Shown here one piece after another: positions 50,345 to 62,689 of a stretch of 64,000 nucleotides of DNA (position 1 is the first letter of the stretch; the number at the start of each line of letters is the position of its first letter). The notes below the pieces were generated by a model. It saw nothing but the letters and a program-made list of their open reading frames with translations, was not told the DNA's origin and made no database searches. The DNA comes from Neoechinorhynchus agilis (lineage: Eukaryota; Animalia; Acanthocephala), in NCBI GenBank assembly GCA_051530055.1, contig CM121342.1, positions 10,493,480 to 10,557,479 on the forward strand, written 5' to 3'. The translations under genes were made by a program, and so were the position numbers.

Positions 50345-50760
50345 TCGCTAGCACAATAAACACTGGAATTACGATTTAGTGATTATATTCTATTGACACC
50401 AACGTCTTGGCTATATTTTATTAGTAGATTTTATTTGTTTTCTCGAAGAAACAACACCTCGTTGTTTGACTCGTTTACGAGTTCCAACCATAAAAGATAA
50501 AGACGATAATTGGTAAATTTATTAGGAAATCGTTAGCAAAATAAACACTGGAATTACGATTTAGTGATTATATTCTATTGACTAAAACGTCTTGGGTATA
50601 TTTTATTAATAGATTTTATTTGTTTCCTCCAATAAACAACACCGCGTCGTTTGACTCGTTCACGAATTCCAGCCATAAAAGATAAAGACAATAATTGGTA
50701 AATTTATTAGGAAATCGCTAGCACAATAAACACCGGAATTACGATTTAGTGATTATAATC
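50345..50760 (+). repeat. Tandem repeat, ~185 bp unit, ~2.3 copies
   Basis: cgctagcacaataaacactggaattacgatttagtgattata recurs at 50346, 50531 and 50716; related fragment at ~49580-49635. Confidence 0.85.
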
Positions 50761-50776
50761 TGGTCATTCCATGGTC

Positions 50777-53700
50777 CTAAGTATAGTGAGTTAACACATT
50801 TTCTTGGTTTCCTCGAATGAAGCACACTGCATCATGAGACTCGCTCACGAGATCAAGCCATGAAAGATAAAGTAGGCTAGGTATGCTGCCTTTCCTAGGA
50901 ACCATCATAGTAACAAAGACGACATCCGCATCCGCCGAGTGCTTTTTCAATAGATTGGACAGTCTTGCGTGTCGTAGCGTCTTGGACTGATTTCTAAACA
51001 AATCATCTTGACTCAATTTCCATTTTTCTTGTCCATTTTCATTATTTACGCTTATGGTGAAATCACTGATTCTTTTCATAAACCTTTCAACTGTCTGATC
51101 ATCTTCTTCTTTGTCAAATTTGTCAATTATCGTTACTGAATCGTATTTTATTCGCATTAGATTTAATAAACCTGCCATTCCTCGGTATGTGTTCATATCT
51201 GCATCCTGATCAACGATGCCGTATACTCGCAAGCGGCATAAGCTCCATTTTATATTTTGGCTTAAGAGGTATGGAATGAGGGCACTGAGACCACCATCGT
51301 CGTAAAGCCACCAAATATCGATATATCCAGCATGACTGCGTGTGAGATTCAATAATGGAGAATTTGTTATTCCGTCCGGGTTCAACAATGAACTAAACTT
51401 TCGCCATTTGTACTTGCTAGTTGATGTTGAATCGGCTTTTTTCCGTGTGACATTTTTGTAAGGTAATTTTAGTTGGAGCCTTAGCTACCTTTAGTAAAAT
51501 TGAACGAGCACAACTAATTACAATTAATTCAAAATAATGTTCACTAAAAAGAGAACGAATTTCCCCATAATAAGTACTGGTAATTTGTGATTAAGATCAA
51601 TATAAAAGATTTCTATCCTTTTTAAATCAGTTCTCTACTCGTGTTTCTTCTTTCATTCTTTTCAAATAAATGCCCACGAACTCATTACACCGTTTGTTAT
51701 GTAAAATCGAATGAAGACTCGTTTTCGTAAGATTTGCGTTGTTGTCAACATGTTTTGAGGATGTTAAATCGTTTGATTTTCCATCGATTTCGTATCTTAT
51801 TGTGAACTCCTTCTGTGTAGTTTTAATCCGAATAGAAGATGGAGATGATAAATGTTCGTCTTCTTGCGCTTGTTCATCAGTGACACATCCTAAATCACCT
51901 GATGCTTGTATCTTACTTTGAAAGCGAACAATCATCACGTTCATACTAAGGTCGAAAGCATCGCTATTGGTTTAGAACGGGCCTATTAAAAGTACGATCA
52001 ATAAGTTTAGACTTACTGTATTATTTCGAAATAATCCAAGGTTTCATCGATTATATCAAGATTCCTATACGCGTTTTTAAATCCAATCACCAGGATATTC
52101 GGTCTGAATTGTCCAACTCCACTGCACTATAAAGCACAACGATCAACCGATTCATAAATAAAAGAAAATGATGGACGAAAAAGTGTACTGGAATTTTTTA
52201 CAAAGTCACAAAATCCATTAAAGGTTTATTTCAAATTTTTATACGTGAATTCAAGAAAATATTTGGTTAAAAAGTGTTCCGGAATTATACATGCAATCAC
52301 AAAATCCACAAATGATTCCTAAATATTTACCTGCATCATTGCACTGACTCCTTCCCTTAAAGACTTTGCTTGTATTTGGGAATAAAACAATTTATAATTA
52401 TTATCTCTTAACCATTGTTGTGCAGACCGATTTTCACGAATTCTCAACGTCAACGATCGTTTATTTCTCTAAAATGTGATTAATGCAAGAATCTAGTTTT
52501 AAAAAGCTATCTTTAGTATTTACGTACCCATATGACATGACCAGCGATAGCTAAATTATGTGATCCAGTAATCTGCTTTATTAAATGAAGGAGATGCGGG
52601 CGTTCGGAAGGATATCCAGTTAAAACGAGACATTGCGGTCGAAAGTTCTTCACATGTAAGTCAAGATTCACAAATTTCTGAATGCACGACAGTCCTTTAG
52701 TGTAAAGATGAGCTTGTCTCGGCGAACCCCAATTGTTCTCTATAAAAGGGTTTTAGTAACATAAATATAAGGAAACTTGCCTAATTTCCTATGTTTTGCG
52801 TATAAGAATAGGGCTCCAACAACTCCGTAAGTGAATATAGCATATCGCCATTCGATTACAAACATTGCAGCAACAATTACAACGAGAGTGATCTTACTAA
52901 GGTATTTGTTATACCAACGAAACTTTGGTCGCCAGCCCAAAGACTTTGATGAACACATCTCGGAACAAGCGTAGTTGATTAAAACGTAGCAGAAGAGTGT
53001 ACATTCAGCAACGAAGATAGCTAGACGATTTAAATATCCGACGAGATTTAAGCTTGCGATCACAATGAAACAGAGAATGTATCCTCGCTGAGGTTCGTCC
53101 GTTTGTGGATGACCAACGGCAAAAAAACGAAACATTGTAGGAAGTAAATCGTCTCTGCATAGAGCCTAAATGATTTCTTTATTATTTAAAAAGAAATTAA
53201 TAGCACAGTTCTTCGAGATAGGATTCTTAGATACAAAATCCGGAAAAGATTTACAAAAAACGAAAAGGTAAAAGGCATTAATGAACTCGTTCTATTATGT
53301 TTATTAGTCACTCAAAACTGAGTAAACTTCATGAAATTTACAAACTTTTCAATATTTTTACTTTAAAACATATTAAAATATCTGAATTGTTTTACAAACC
53401 TGAAAAATTTTAGGGGCTGCGACGAAGGCAGCGGACGCTGACGATAAGGTGGCAGCAAAGAGTCCAGCATAAGTCAATGGACCATAAGCAGATATGCTCT
53501 TCATTATGTTGTAGTCGTACAAAAGACCGTTTGAATGATTTTCGGTAGTGTTTAAAGGGGTGGATAGATTACGAGCGGATATAAAAACATCGTTTCCATC
53601 GACGGTTCCATTTGTTATATTAGGACAAATTAGCGTTATCTTTGGTAAATCAAGTGAATGCGCACCTAAGCATTTTTTGTTAAAAATATTTAAATTTAAT

Positions 53701-55635
53701 TTTTTTTCACTCACATTGACTTAAGCTTATGTTAGCCGGAATTTCGAATATCTCATGTATGGTTCCTTGTGTTGCCGGTAGAGTTGATGTAACGAAAATC
53801 AGAGCAGTCAACAAGTAAATTAAGGTTGATATTAAAAGAGCTGCGATAGTCCCTCTTGGAATCGCCTTATTTGGGTCCTTCAAGAAACGATAGGTTGAAA
53901 AGCAAACAACTATTACACAAAGCTTACCCTCAGATTTCCGGATATGTTTACTCCGGCGAGTACTCCCGTCATTGCAGGGAAAAATATTCCGAAAATTTGT
54001 CCAACTGATAATCCGAACTTTAGTTTAGGCTTAAGGTTTTGAGAAAGAGCAAATTTGGAAAATCCGATGATCCCTTTTGATATCTTGTCCAGATTCGACG
54101 GCATTATTGACCCAATCAAGAAATTGACCATTGATACAGCTAGTAAAATCATTAGGATGTACATAAACTAAGTAGCAAGGATTCGCATGATCTTTAAAAA
54201 CACGATTCAACTTACCGCTGTTTCATATTTGATACTCGCTATTACAAGCACGATGATTAGGGACAATGCCAATATGCTGATAAATCGAATATCGTTAACT
54301 TCTGATATCATATATCTGATGCCGAAATCATCGAGTATAGCTCTATGACATATTTTTCTACGTAATAATTAAGGAGAAAAACTTTTTCGGCCAAGCCGAT
54401 TGCGACATTGTAAGTTTCAAATTTTTGTGCAACTAAACATAAAATATAACTTTTCAAACTTTAAATTATTTTTTCGGTTACTGGATGTGAATTTAATGTA
54501 TAAAATTTAAAAATGTATTGACGTTATGAGATTCAACTTGAAAAACTTCACCAAAATGATAATTTTGTGAAGTTAAGAAAATCATCGTTTCGTTTTTTAA
54601 GTTTATAAATTGAATATCAAACTGAAATTATTTATATTATAAAATCCATATCCAAAAAAATCGAAAAATGCCATGAGAAACGTAATAACGCAATAATTTC
54701 GAATTGTCTAAGCAAAACATAACTGATGGCTTATATTTTGCTTGATGATTAATAAACTAGATTAATTTATTGATTCCTTTCACAATATTCCGTCCGTCTT
54801 GTCAGACTTCTTCAGGTTGCTTGTAAGTGTTTATGACGCGTGAAATTAATCTCTATTTTCTCAATCACCGAACAAAATATATTCACGAAAACAACTTCTT
54901 TACGATAATTGATAGCATTTAAAACAATAAAATGGCACCGCTATAATCGAACGTAAAGTCACATTAATCTTTTAAATATAGACATATTTGCACAATTTTT
55001 GCCTTTAATTCGTTCGTAGATTCCAATTATAAATAAGTAGAAAAACATATCTTAACAGTTTCGGCAAATCCCACAAGGCACAGTGAAGCTGATAAACAGT
55101 TTGAAACACTAAGTACCACTCCAGTGACAAGCCCCCATTCCGGTCCCAGTGTTCTCGACAATAAGAAGTATGCACCACCTCCACGTACCAATCCATTGGT
55201 TGCGATGGCACTCAATGATAGAGTCGTCGATAAGCATATCGCGACTGAGAACACGATGATGAATAAACCTAAGAGTATCCCAGCTTCCCCCATGACAAAT
55301 CCAAGTCTTAGAAACAACATAGTACCAATTATTGATAAAACTCCTCTTAGCATAACGCCTGAACCCCAACCGAGTTTAACAATTTTAGTTGGCGCATTTG
55401 ATTGACACCGATCACTGCCCAAAGTGCTTGATTTTCGGAAACGTTCATTATTAGCTTGGTTATTCTTACATTCGTGAAGATCATGAAGAGCTGGTCTTTC
55501 ACAGAAATCACCGGATACGGTGTCTGGTTGGCGATAAAGTGCAATGTTTGGTGATTTCTCGATGTTGTAAGTATAATCGTTGCTGTTCTCATATTCACAA
55601 TCTTTCTCCTTTGACTCCATTAGTAGACGCACGCC
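50777..55635 (-). CDS. SLC12 cation-chloride cotransporter (NKCC/NCC type), multi-exon; 5' end and exact orthology unresolved
   Basis: KLGWGSGV..GTMLFLRL, GGGAYFLLSRTLGPE, NISGNLRDPNKAIPRGT, AATLSSA, NWGS, KNFRPQCLVLTG, IDIWWLYDDGGL, IRGNQENVLTHYT; mostly GT-AG introns, one GC-AG. Confidence 0.93.
54354..55044. mobile_element. 691 bp element with TIR and 6 bp TSD forming an SLC12 intron; contains a half family A MITE
   Basis: ACATAT (54348-54353) TTTTCTAC ... GTAGAAAA ACATAT (55045-55050), exactly at the coding break. Confidence 0.75.
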
Positions 55636-58344
55636 TAAAACAAAAAGTGAACTGTTCTCGATAGAGAATTTTTTTGAACGAACAGCGACAATGTGTGTGG
55701 GAGAGAGTGAAAGTGCCTTTTCTTTCTTCGAAACGAATATCAGACAAGTTTATACGGTGCCACTGTACGACGAACAGGCAGCAGCACAAGTATCTCGGCA
55801 AATGTGTCTTTGTGAAGGAGGTTTCATTATCGAGATGGTAGCATTTACGAAGGCGGAAGATAGTGATCAGGGTGTTACTTTGGCGCCTACCTTGATATAT
55901 ATCAGACCAGTGAATGAATACTGTCGCTTTTAGAAGGGATGTAGGATCTCTTATTCGGATTGGAGGAAAATCTTAAATATCTACGTGTCTAGAAATACGA
56001 AGTTCAAAGATTTAAGAATAAAAAGTCTTGTCGTGAGCAAAGCATATCGAAATTATCTTTTCACGCTCTGATTTAAAACCAAACAAGGAAGCTCTTCGGA
56101 CTCTAAAAACAACACTATCGCTTTAAAAAAAATCTTTTCCGCAAGGAATGCCAAACGAAAGCCCTATGGTGATCATGATTGGTTAAAAGAAACTAGGAGC
56201 GCTTATTGAAACTACAAATTACAAAGCATTAGAAGCATGATTGGCCGAAAACGAAATACGATTGTTTAAAATAATCCTTTATAAAAACGAATGCTAAGCA
56301 ATGGTTGGAATAGAACGAAACCTGATTCTTAAAATTTTTCCTCGAAAACCTAATGAAAAGGAGCAAAAAAGCTAGTCGAACTTTAAAATAAAAATGTCGA
56401 TCATCCATAATTATCTAAAATTAATATTGACTTACATAGGAATCCACACAAACAAGTGCTTGACAAAAAGCTTCTCTGTTTATAAGAAACGAGCAAAGCA
56501 TTAAAGCGACTCTAATAACGGATGACATCGATCAATTTAGCTAGAACGAATTCCCATCCATAATAACAATCTTCTAAAAACGAATTTCGCGAATAAAACA
56601 CTTTAGCAATGATATGTCATGATAATATCGGAATTATCCGGTGAAATATAGGCAATAAACCTCTGAATTTACATCCGGGTGTGCATAGCTACCAAAAGAA
56701 AGGAAAGAAATTATTCTGAGTACAAAACTGGCAGAGCATAACAGCTAGCGATGCACCAGCCCGTAGCAGTAGCAGATTGTTTTCGGTAAAGACATCGACG
56801 CCTATATTCCCGACGGGATTAAATATCTTATTGTCGAGATAGATCAATACAGTGACTTTTGAAATCTTCAACGATTATATAAATCATATTTTAAGGCCGT
56901 TTTAACGACTCGGCTTTACCTGCAAAATGAAGAGCTATCCCCATGATCAAAAGCGCTCAGAGGTTTGGACTGAGAGACGATAATCGAAATGCTCCTATTT
57001 TCTATAAGTTCAATCGTCGTACTCACTGATAAGTCTCATTTGCATACTATTGAAAAAACGATTGAATAAAACTTTATCCCATTTTTTTAAAACAGTTTCA
57101 TGGGACGCACTGCGAATCCGATAAAGGGCTTACAGCAGCAGCGCATCATCCATAACATCGATGGCAGCTTGCGTGCGCGTAACTGATATTGTGAATAATC
57201 GCAATGATGGATTTCTCGATTTAGTGAGATTCATTGTAGCAAAGTTAAGGAGGATACTTGGGACATTATAAAAATGCTATTTCCAATGGGATCAGGTTTG
57301 TGAAATTCTATTTTGATTGCATGTAGAGAAACAAATTCTAGAAATTGTCCTGAAGAAGTCCGCGGCAATAATCAACGATCCATTTAGGTACAAAATAAGA
57401 TTTTTCACTGATATTTGTTTTTCCGATAACCAATAATCCAAAATGGAAACACTTTTTGGAAATGAATTAACAATTTGCAAAATGTGAAGCCTAAAATTTG
57501 AAAATGGCCTTCTAACGCCGCGACAACTACATAAAGAAAAAATCGAAAGCGGATTTTGCAAAAATGATCAAAAAAAAGAGAGTTCGCATGCAAAATCCAA
57601 GTGCAGAATTTGAAATCGATCAACGTCTTAACACTCTCAAAGCGAAAAAAGGACGAAAATTCCAATTTTACAAAAACGAGTGATAAGTGGTCTGTTTTTA
57701 GGCAAAAATGAGTTAGGAGGAAAGTTCTCTCTCGAGACAGTACGCATTATCGTTTCTAACTGCATAGACCAATCCGTGCAAGGCGTAGAAAAAATTTGGA
57801 AAGTAATCAAAAATCCATTGAGTCGGAAATTCTATGGAGTGCAAAAAAATTAACAACTTTGGTGAATACAATTGTGATGTATATTAAGAGACTTGAAGAA
57901 ACCAGCAGCAGTCGTCAACAAAATTTTAAAACCACATACACTCTTTAAATTTTCGTTTGCTTTGTACATATTAAACGAAAATGTCAAATGATGAACGGTC
58001 CATGGATAAGAGCTACATTAAATTTTGCATGTATACAATGAAAAAACTCAATTGATTATTATTTTCTTCGACCATAAAACAGTTTTGAGTAAAAGAAATC
58101 ATTTATTTAAATTAAAAGAGTTTAACGTCAAAGCGCAAGAATATAATAAAGCGAGTAAAATATATAGAAAAATGATAGTAGTTAAAAAAAATTAAATATT
58201 TGGCCGTTAAGTCTGCGTATAAATTATAAGTATATGCATTTTATTTGAAAATGAATCTTGAAAGTCAGAGAACTATCCTATATTTTTAAATAAGATAATG
58301 CTCATAGCTACGATTTTAAAATTTAAGATCGTAACATTATCGGA

Positions 58345-61300
58345 ACTCGTTTCATCCTAAAAGTTTTCATGGTTAAAAAACCGGTGAAAGTTTATCTCGT
58401 TTGAGAAAACAAATCAACGTCGTTTCTCAATTGGATCGTTCCTGCATTATTTTGTAAGGAGATAAAATGAGTTCTAATGATTTTTAAAAAAGACTTAAAA
58501 GTTTCAATGCTACGCGATCTCTTAAAGTCGCGAGTGATTCCTAAGAAGGAACCGAATTACATCTTTAAGAAACATGAATCTTATAGCAAGGACAACTAAT
58601 TTCATACCCAAGGTTTTCATGGTTAAAAACGGTGAAAGTTTATCACGTTTAAAAAACAAATCAACGTCGTTTCTCAATTTAATCGTTGCTGCGTTATTTT
58701 GTTAGGGTATAAACTGAGTTCTAATGATTTTTCAAAAAGACTTTTAAAAGTTTCAATGCTACGCGATCTCTCAAAGTCGCGAGTGATTTCTAAGAAGGAA
58801 CCGAATTACATTTTTAAGAAAAATGAATCTTATAGCAATGACAACTCATTTAATACCCAAGCTTTGCATGGTTAAAAACCTGTGAAAGTTTCTCTCGGTT
58901 GAAAAACAAATCAACATCGTTTCTCAATTGAATCGTTCCTGCATAATTCATAAGGGTATAAAATGAGTTCTAATGATTTTTAAAAAAGACTTAAGAGTTT
59001 CAATGCTTGACGATCACTTAAAGTCAAGTAATTCTTAAGAAGAAACCGAATTACATTTTTTTAGAAAGATGGATCTTATAGCAAGGACAACTGATTTCAT
59101 CCTCAAGATTTTCATGGTTAAAAAACCGGTGAAAGTTTATCTCGTTTGAAAAAACAAATCAACATCATTTCTCAATTGGATGGTTCCTGTATTATTTTGT
59201 TAGGGTAAAAAATGAGTTCTAATGATTTTTTAAAAAGACTTTTAAGAGTTTAAATGCTACGCGATCTATGATTTTTTAAAAAGACTTTTAAGAGTATCAA
59301 ATGCTACGCGATCTCTGATTTTTTAAGACTTTTCAGAGTTTAAATGCTACGCGATCTCTGATGTTTAAAAAAGACTTTTAAGAGTTTCAAATGCTACGCG
59401 ATCTCCGATTTTTTAAGACTTTTCAGAGTTTCAATGCTACGCGATCTCTTAAAGTCGCGAGTGATTTCTAAAAGGAACCGAATTACATTTTTAAGAAAAG
59501 TGAATCTTATAGCAAGGACAACTGATGCCATACCCAAGGTTTTCATAGTTAAAAAACGGTGAAAGTTTATCACGTTTGAATAAACAAATCAACGTCGTTT
59601 CTCAATTGGATCGTTGCTGCATTATTTTGTAGGGGTATAAAATGAGTTCTAGTGATTTTTTAAAAAGACTTTTAAGAGTTTCAATGCTACGCGATGTCTT
59701 ATTTAAAAAAAGGCTTAAGAGTTTCAATGCTACGCGATCTCTTAAAGTCGCGAGTGATTTCTAAGAAGGAACCGAATTACATTTTTAAGAAAAATGAATC
59801 TTATAGCAATGACAACTCATTTCATACCCAAGCTTTTCATGGTTAAAAACCTGTGAAAGTTTCTCTCGTTTGAAAAAACAAATCAATATCGTTTCTCAAT
59901 TGGATCGTTCCTGCATAATTTATAAGGATATAAAATGAGTTCTAATGATTTTTAAAAAAGACTTAAGAGTTTAAATGTTTCACGATCACTTAAAGTCAAG
60001 TAATTCTTAAGAAGAAACCGAATTACATTTTTTAAGAAAGATGGATCTTATAGCAAGGACAACTGATTTCATCCTCAAGAATTTCATGGTTAAAAAACCG
60101 GTGAAAGTTTATCTCGTTTGAAAAAAAAACCAACATCGTTTATCAATTGGATGGTTCTTGCATTATTTTGTTAGGGTATAAAATGAGTTCTAATGATTTT
60201 TTAAAAAGACTTTTAAGAGTTTAAATGCTACGCGATCTCTGATGTTTAAAAAAGACTTTTAAGAGTTTCAAATGCTACGCGATCTCTGATTTTTTAAGAC
60301 TTTTCAGAGTTTCAATGCTACGCGATCTCTTAAAGTCGCGAGTGATTTCTAAAAGGAACCGAATTACATTTTTAAGAAAAGTGAATCTTATAGCAAGGAC
60401 AACTGATGCCATACCCAAGGTTTTCATAGTTAAAAAACGGTGAAAGTTTATCACGTTTGAAAAAACAAATCAACGTCGTTTCTCAATTGGATCGTTGCTG
60501 CATTATTTTGTAAGGGTATAAAATGAGTTCTAATGATTTTTTAAAAAGACTTTTAAGAGTTTCAATGCTACGCGATATCTGATTTTTTTAAAAAGACTTT
60601 TAAGAGTTTCAATGCTACCCGATTTCTTATTTAAAAAAAGGCTTAAGAGTTTCAATGCTACGCGATCTCTTAAAGTCGCAAATGATTCCTAAGAAGGAAC
60701 CGAATTACATTTTTAAGAAAAATGAATCTTATAGCAATGACAACTCATTTCATACCCAAGCTTTTCATGGTTAAAAACCTGTGAAAGTTTCTCTCGTTTG
60801 AAAAAACAAATCAATATCGTTTCTCAATTGGATCGTTCCTGCATAATTTATAAGGGTATAAAATGAGTTCTAATGATTTTTAAAAAAGACTTAAGAGTTT
60901 CAATGTTTCACGATCACTTAAAGTCAAGTAATTCTTAAGAAGAAACCGAATTACATTTTTTTAAGAAAGATGGATCTTATAGCAAGGACAACTGATTTCA
61001 TCCTCAAGAATTTGATGGTTAAAAAACCGGTGAAAGTTTATCTCGGTTGAAAAAAAAACCAACATCGTTTCTCAATTGGATGGTTCCTGCATTATTTTGT
61101 TAGGGTATAAAATGAGTTCTAATGATTTTTTAAAAAGACTTTTAAGAGTTTCAAATGCTACGCGATCTCTGATTTAAAAAAAGACTTTTAAGAGTTTCAA
61201 ATGCTATGCGATCTCTGATTTTTTAAGACTTTTCAGAGTTTCAATGCTACGCGATCTCTTAAAGTCGCGAGTGATTTCTAAAAGGAACCGAATTACATTT

Positions 61301-61575
61301 TTAAGAAAAATGAATCTTATAGCAAGGACAACTGATGCCATACCCAAGGTTTTCATAGTTAAAAAACGGTGAAAGTTTATCACGTTTGAAAAAACAAATC
61401 AACGTCGTTTCTCAATTGGATCGTTCCTGCATTCTTTTGTAAGGGTATAAAATGAGTTCTAATGATTTTTTAAAATGACTTTTAAAAGTTTCAATGCTAC
61501 GCGATCTCTGATTTTTTAAAAGACTTTTAAGAGTTCGAATGCAACGCGATCTCTTAAAGTCGCAAGTTATTCCTA
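58345..61575 (+). repeat. Satellite array: ~250 bp monomer, about 11 copies, 3-monomer higher-order repeat with internal ~40-45 bp expansions
   Basis: tttcatggttaaaaa anchor at ~58364, 58614, 58863, 59109, 59540, 59834, 60081, 60420, 60764, 61011 and 61350, with variants cycling every third copy. Confidence 0.93.
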
Positions 61576-61798
61576 GGAAGTAATCGAAATAATCGAATTC
61601 TCAATAAAACCGCACCGCCCATCGTATGTTTAAAGCTCAATCATTGTAAGAAAATGACTGCATCTCAAATCTCACTCTCATGAAAACCAATTTTTCTAAT
61701 TCTTAAGAAATTATTCTTGACCGGAACCGAATTCGTTCTTCCCCGTTACGCACAACCCTTCCGCCGTAACCTTCAGAGCGTGACGCATAGACTTCGCG

Positions 61799-62470
61799 AT
61801 GGTACCCAAACAAAACTTTAAACAAAATGGGGTTGCGGATGTCTCTTGGTTGACCACGCAACGACTAAATGAAGTTTTATCCGGTCTTAGCCACCGAGAT
61901 GACCACGTTGAACATCAACCGACAATGCAACCACTTACAGTGTTTCAGGATTTACCTTCTTGTTTTGTTCCTCCTCAGCCACTTAATAATTCAATGTTAG
62001 TAGCGAATAGTGTACCGAGTATGACAATTTTAGAATCGATGATTGGTCGCCTTGAATCATTGGTAGCCAATCAGAACACGAAGATATTGCGACAAAACAC
62101 CTTGCTGGAGTCTATTGAGTCTCGATTATCGAAAATTGAGGAAAGTGGAGAAAGAGTACGTCGGGTTCTTGTTGAAAAGTCCAGTCAGACGGATAGAAGA
62201 TCAGTTGATGCTGAGACTATGACGAGCAATAGTTTTGATTTATCATTGAAAAAGCGCGACCTGGTCTCGTCATCAGATGATTCTAACCAACGGCCAAAAG
62301 GTCCTCTTAGGAATGCTAGCAATGAAACTAAGGCGTACTTGAGACGATATGGAATTATACGAAAATCGAAAAATTCTCCTGTTGGTGTTGCGAATCCATC
62401 TTCAACTTCATCATCAAATGATAGTGCCATATGGGTTTTTAAGAGACAAACAAGTCTCAATGACAAATGA
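61799..62470 (+). CDS. Coiled-coil protein with a STAN-like motif (possible STIL/Ana2/SAS-5 family)
   Basis: 223 aa ORF; heptad stretch ILESMIGRLESLVANQ...SRLSKI; NASNETKAYLRRYGII resembles the STIL STAN segment NMSFATKKYMKRYGLL (recalled). Confidence 0.5.
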   Translation: MVPKQNFKQNGVADVSWLTTQRLNEVLSGLSHRDDHVEHQPTMQPLTVFQDLPSCFVPPQPLNNSMLVANSVPSMTILESMIGRLESLVANQNTKILRQNTLLESIESRLSKIEESGERVRRVLVEKSSQTDRRSVDAETMTSNSFDLSLKKRDLVSSSDDSNQRPKGPLRNASNETKAYLRRYGIIRKSKNSPVGVANPSSTSSSNDSAIWVFKRQTSLNDK

Positions 62471-62689
62471 AGTTAATTTATCCTTTTATCTGGCATTAAT
62501 AAATCCATTTTATCTAGTACCGATTTTAAAATGTAGTTTGAATATTGACACTCAAACTTAACCAAAATATATTTTTAATTATGGACTAAGAGTAATATTT
62601 TTATATGCCCGGTGAACGCATATAATTTCTTCGGTTTGTAGATTCAAAAGCATTTTGTGCGATCTCGACGCAATTTGATCACTTGGCGG

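Noticed and set aside
56689-57260. Possible extra minus-strand exons upstream of SLC12
   Set aside because: Splice-like signals are present, but no consistent frame or homology could be established.
58345-61575. CRISPR array
   Set aside because: Units are homologous along their whole length with no unique spacers, there are no cas genes, and the context is eukaryotic.
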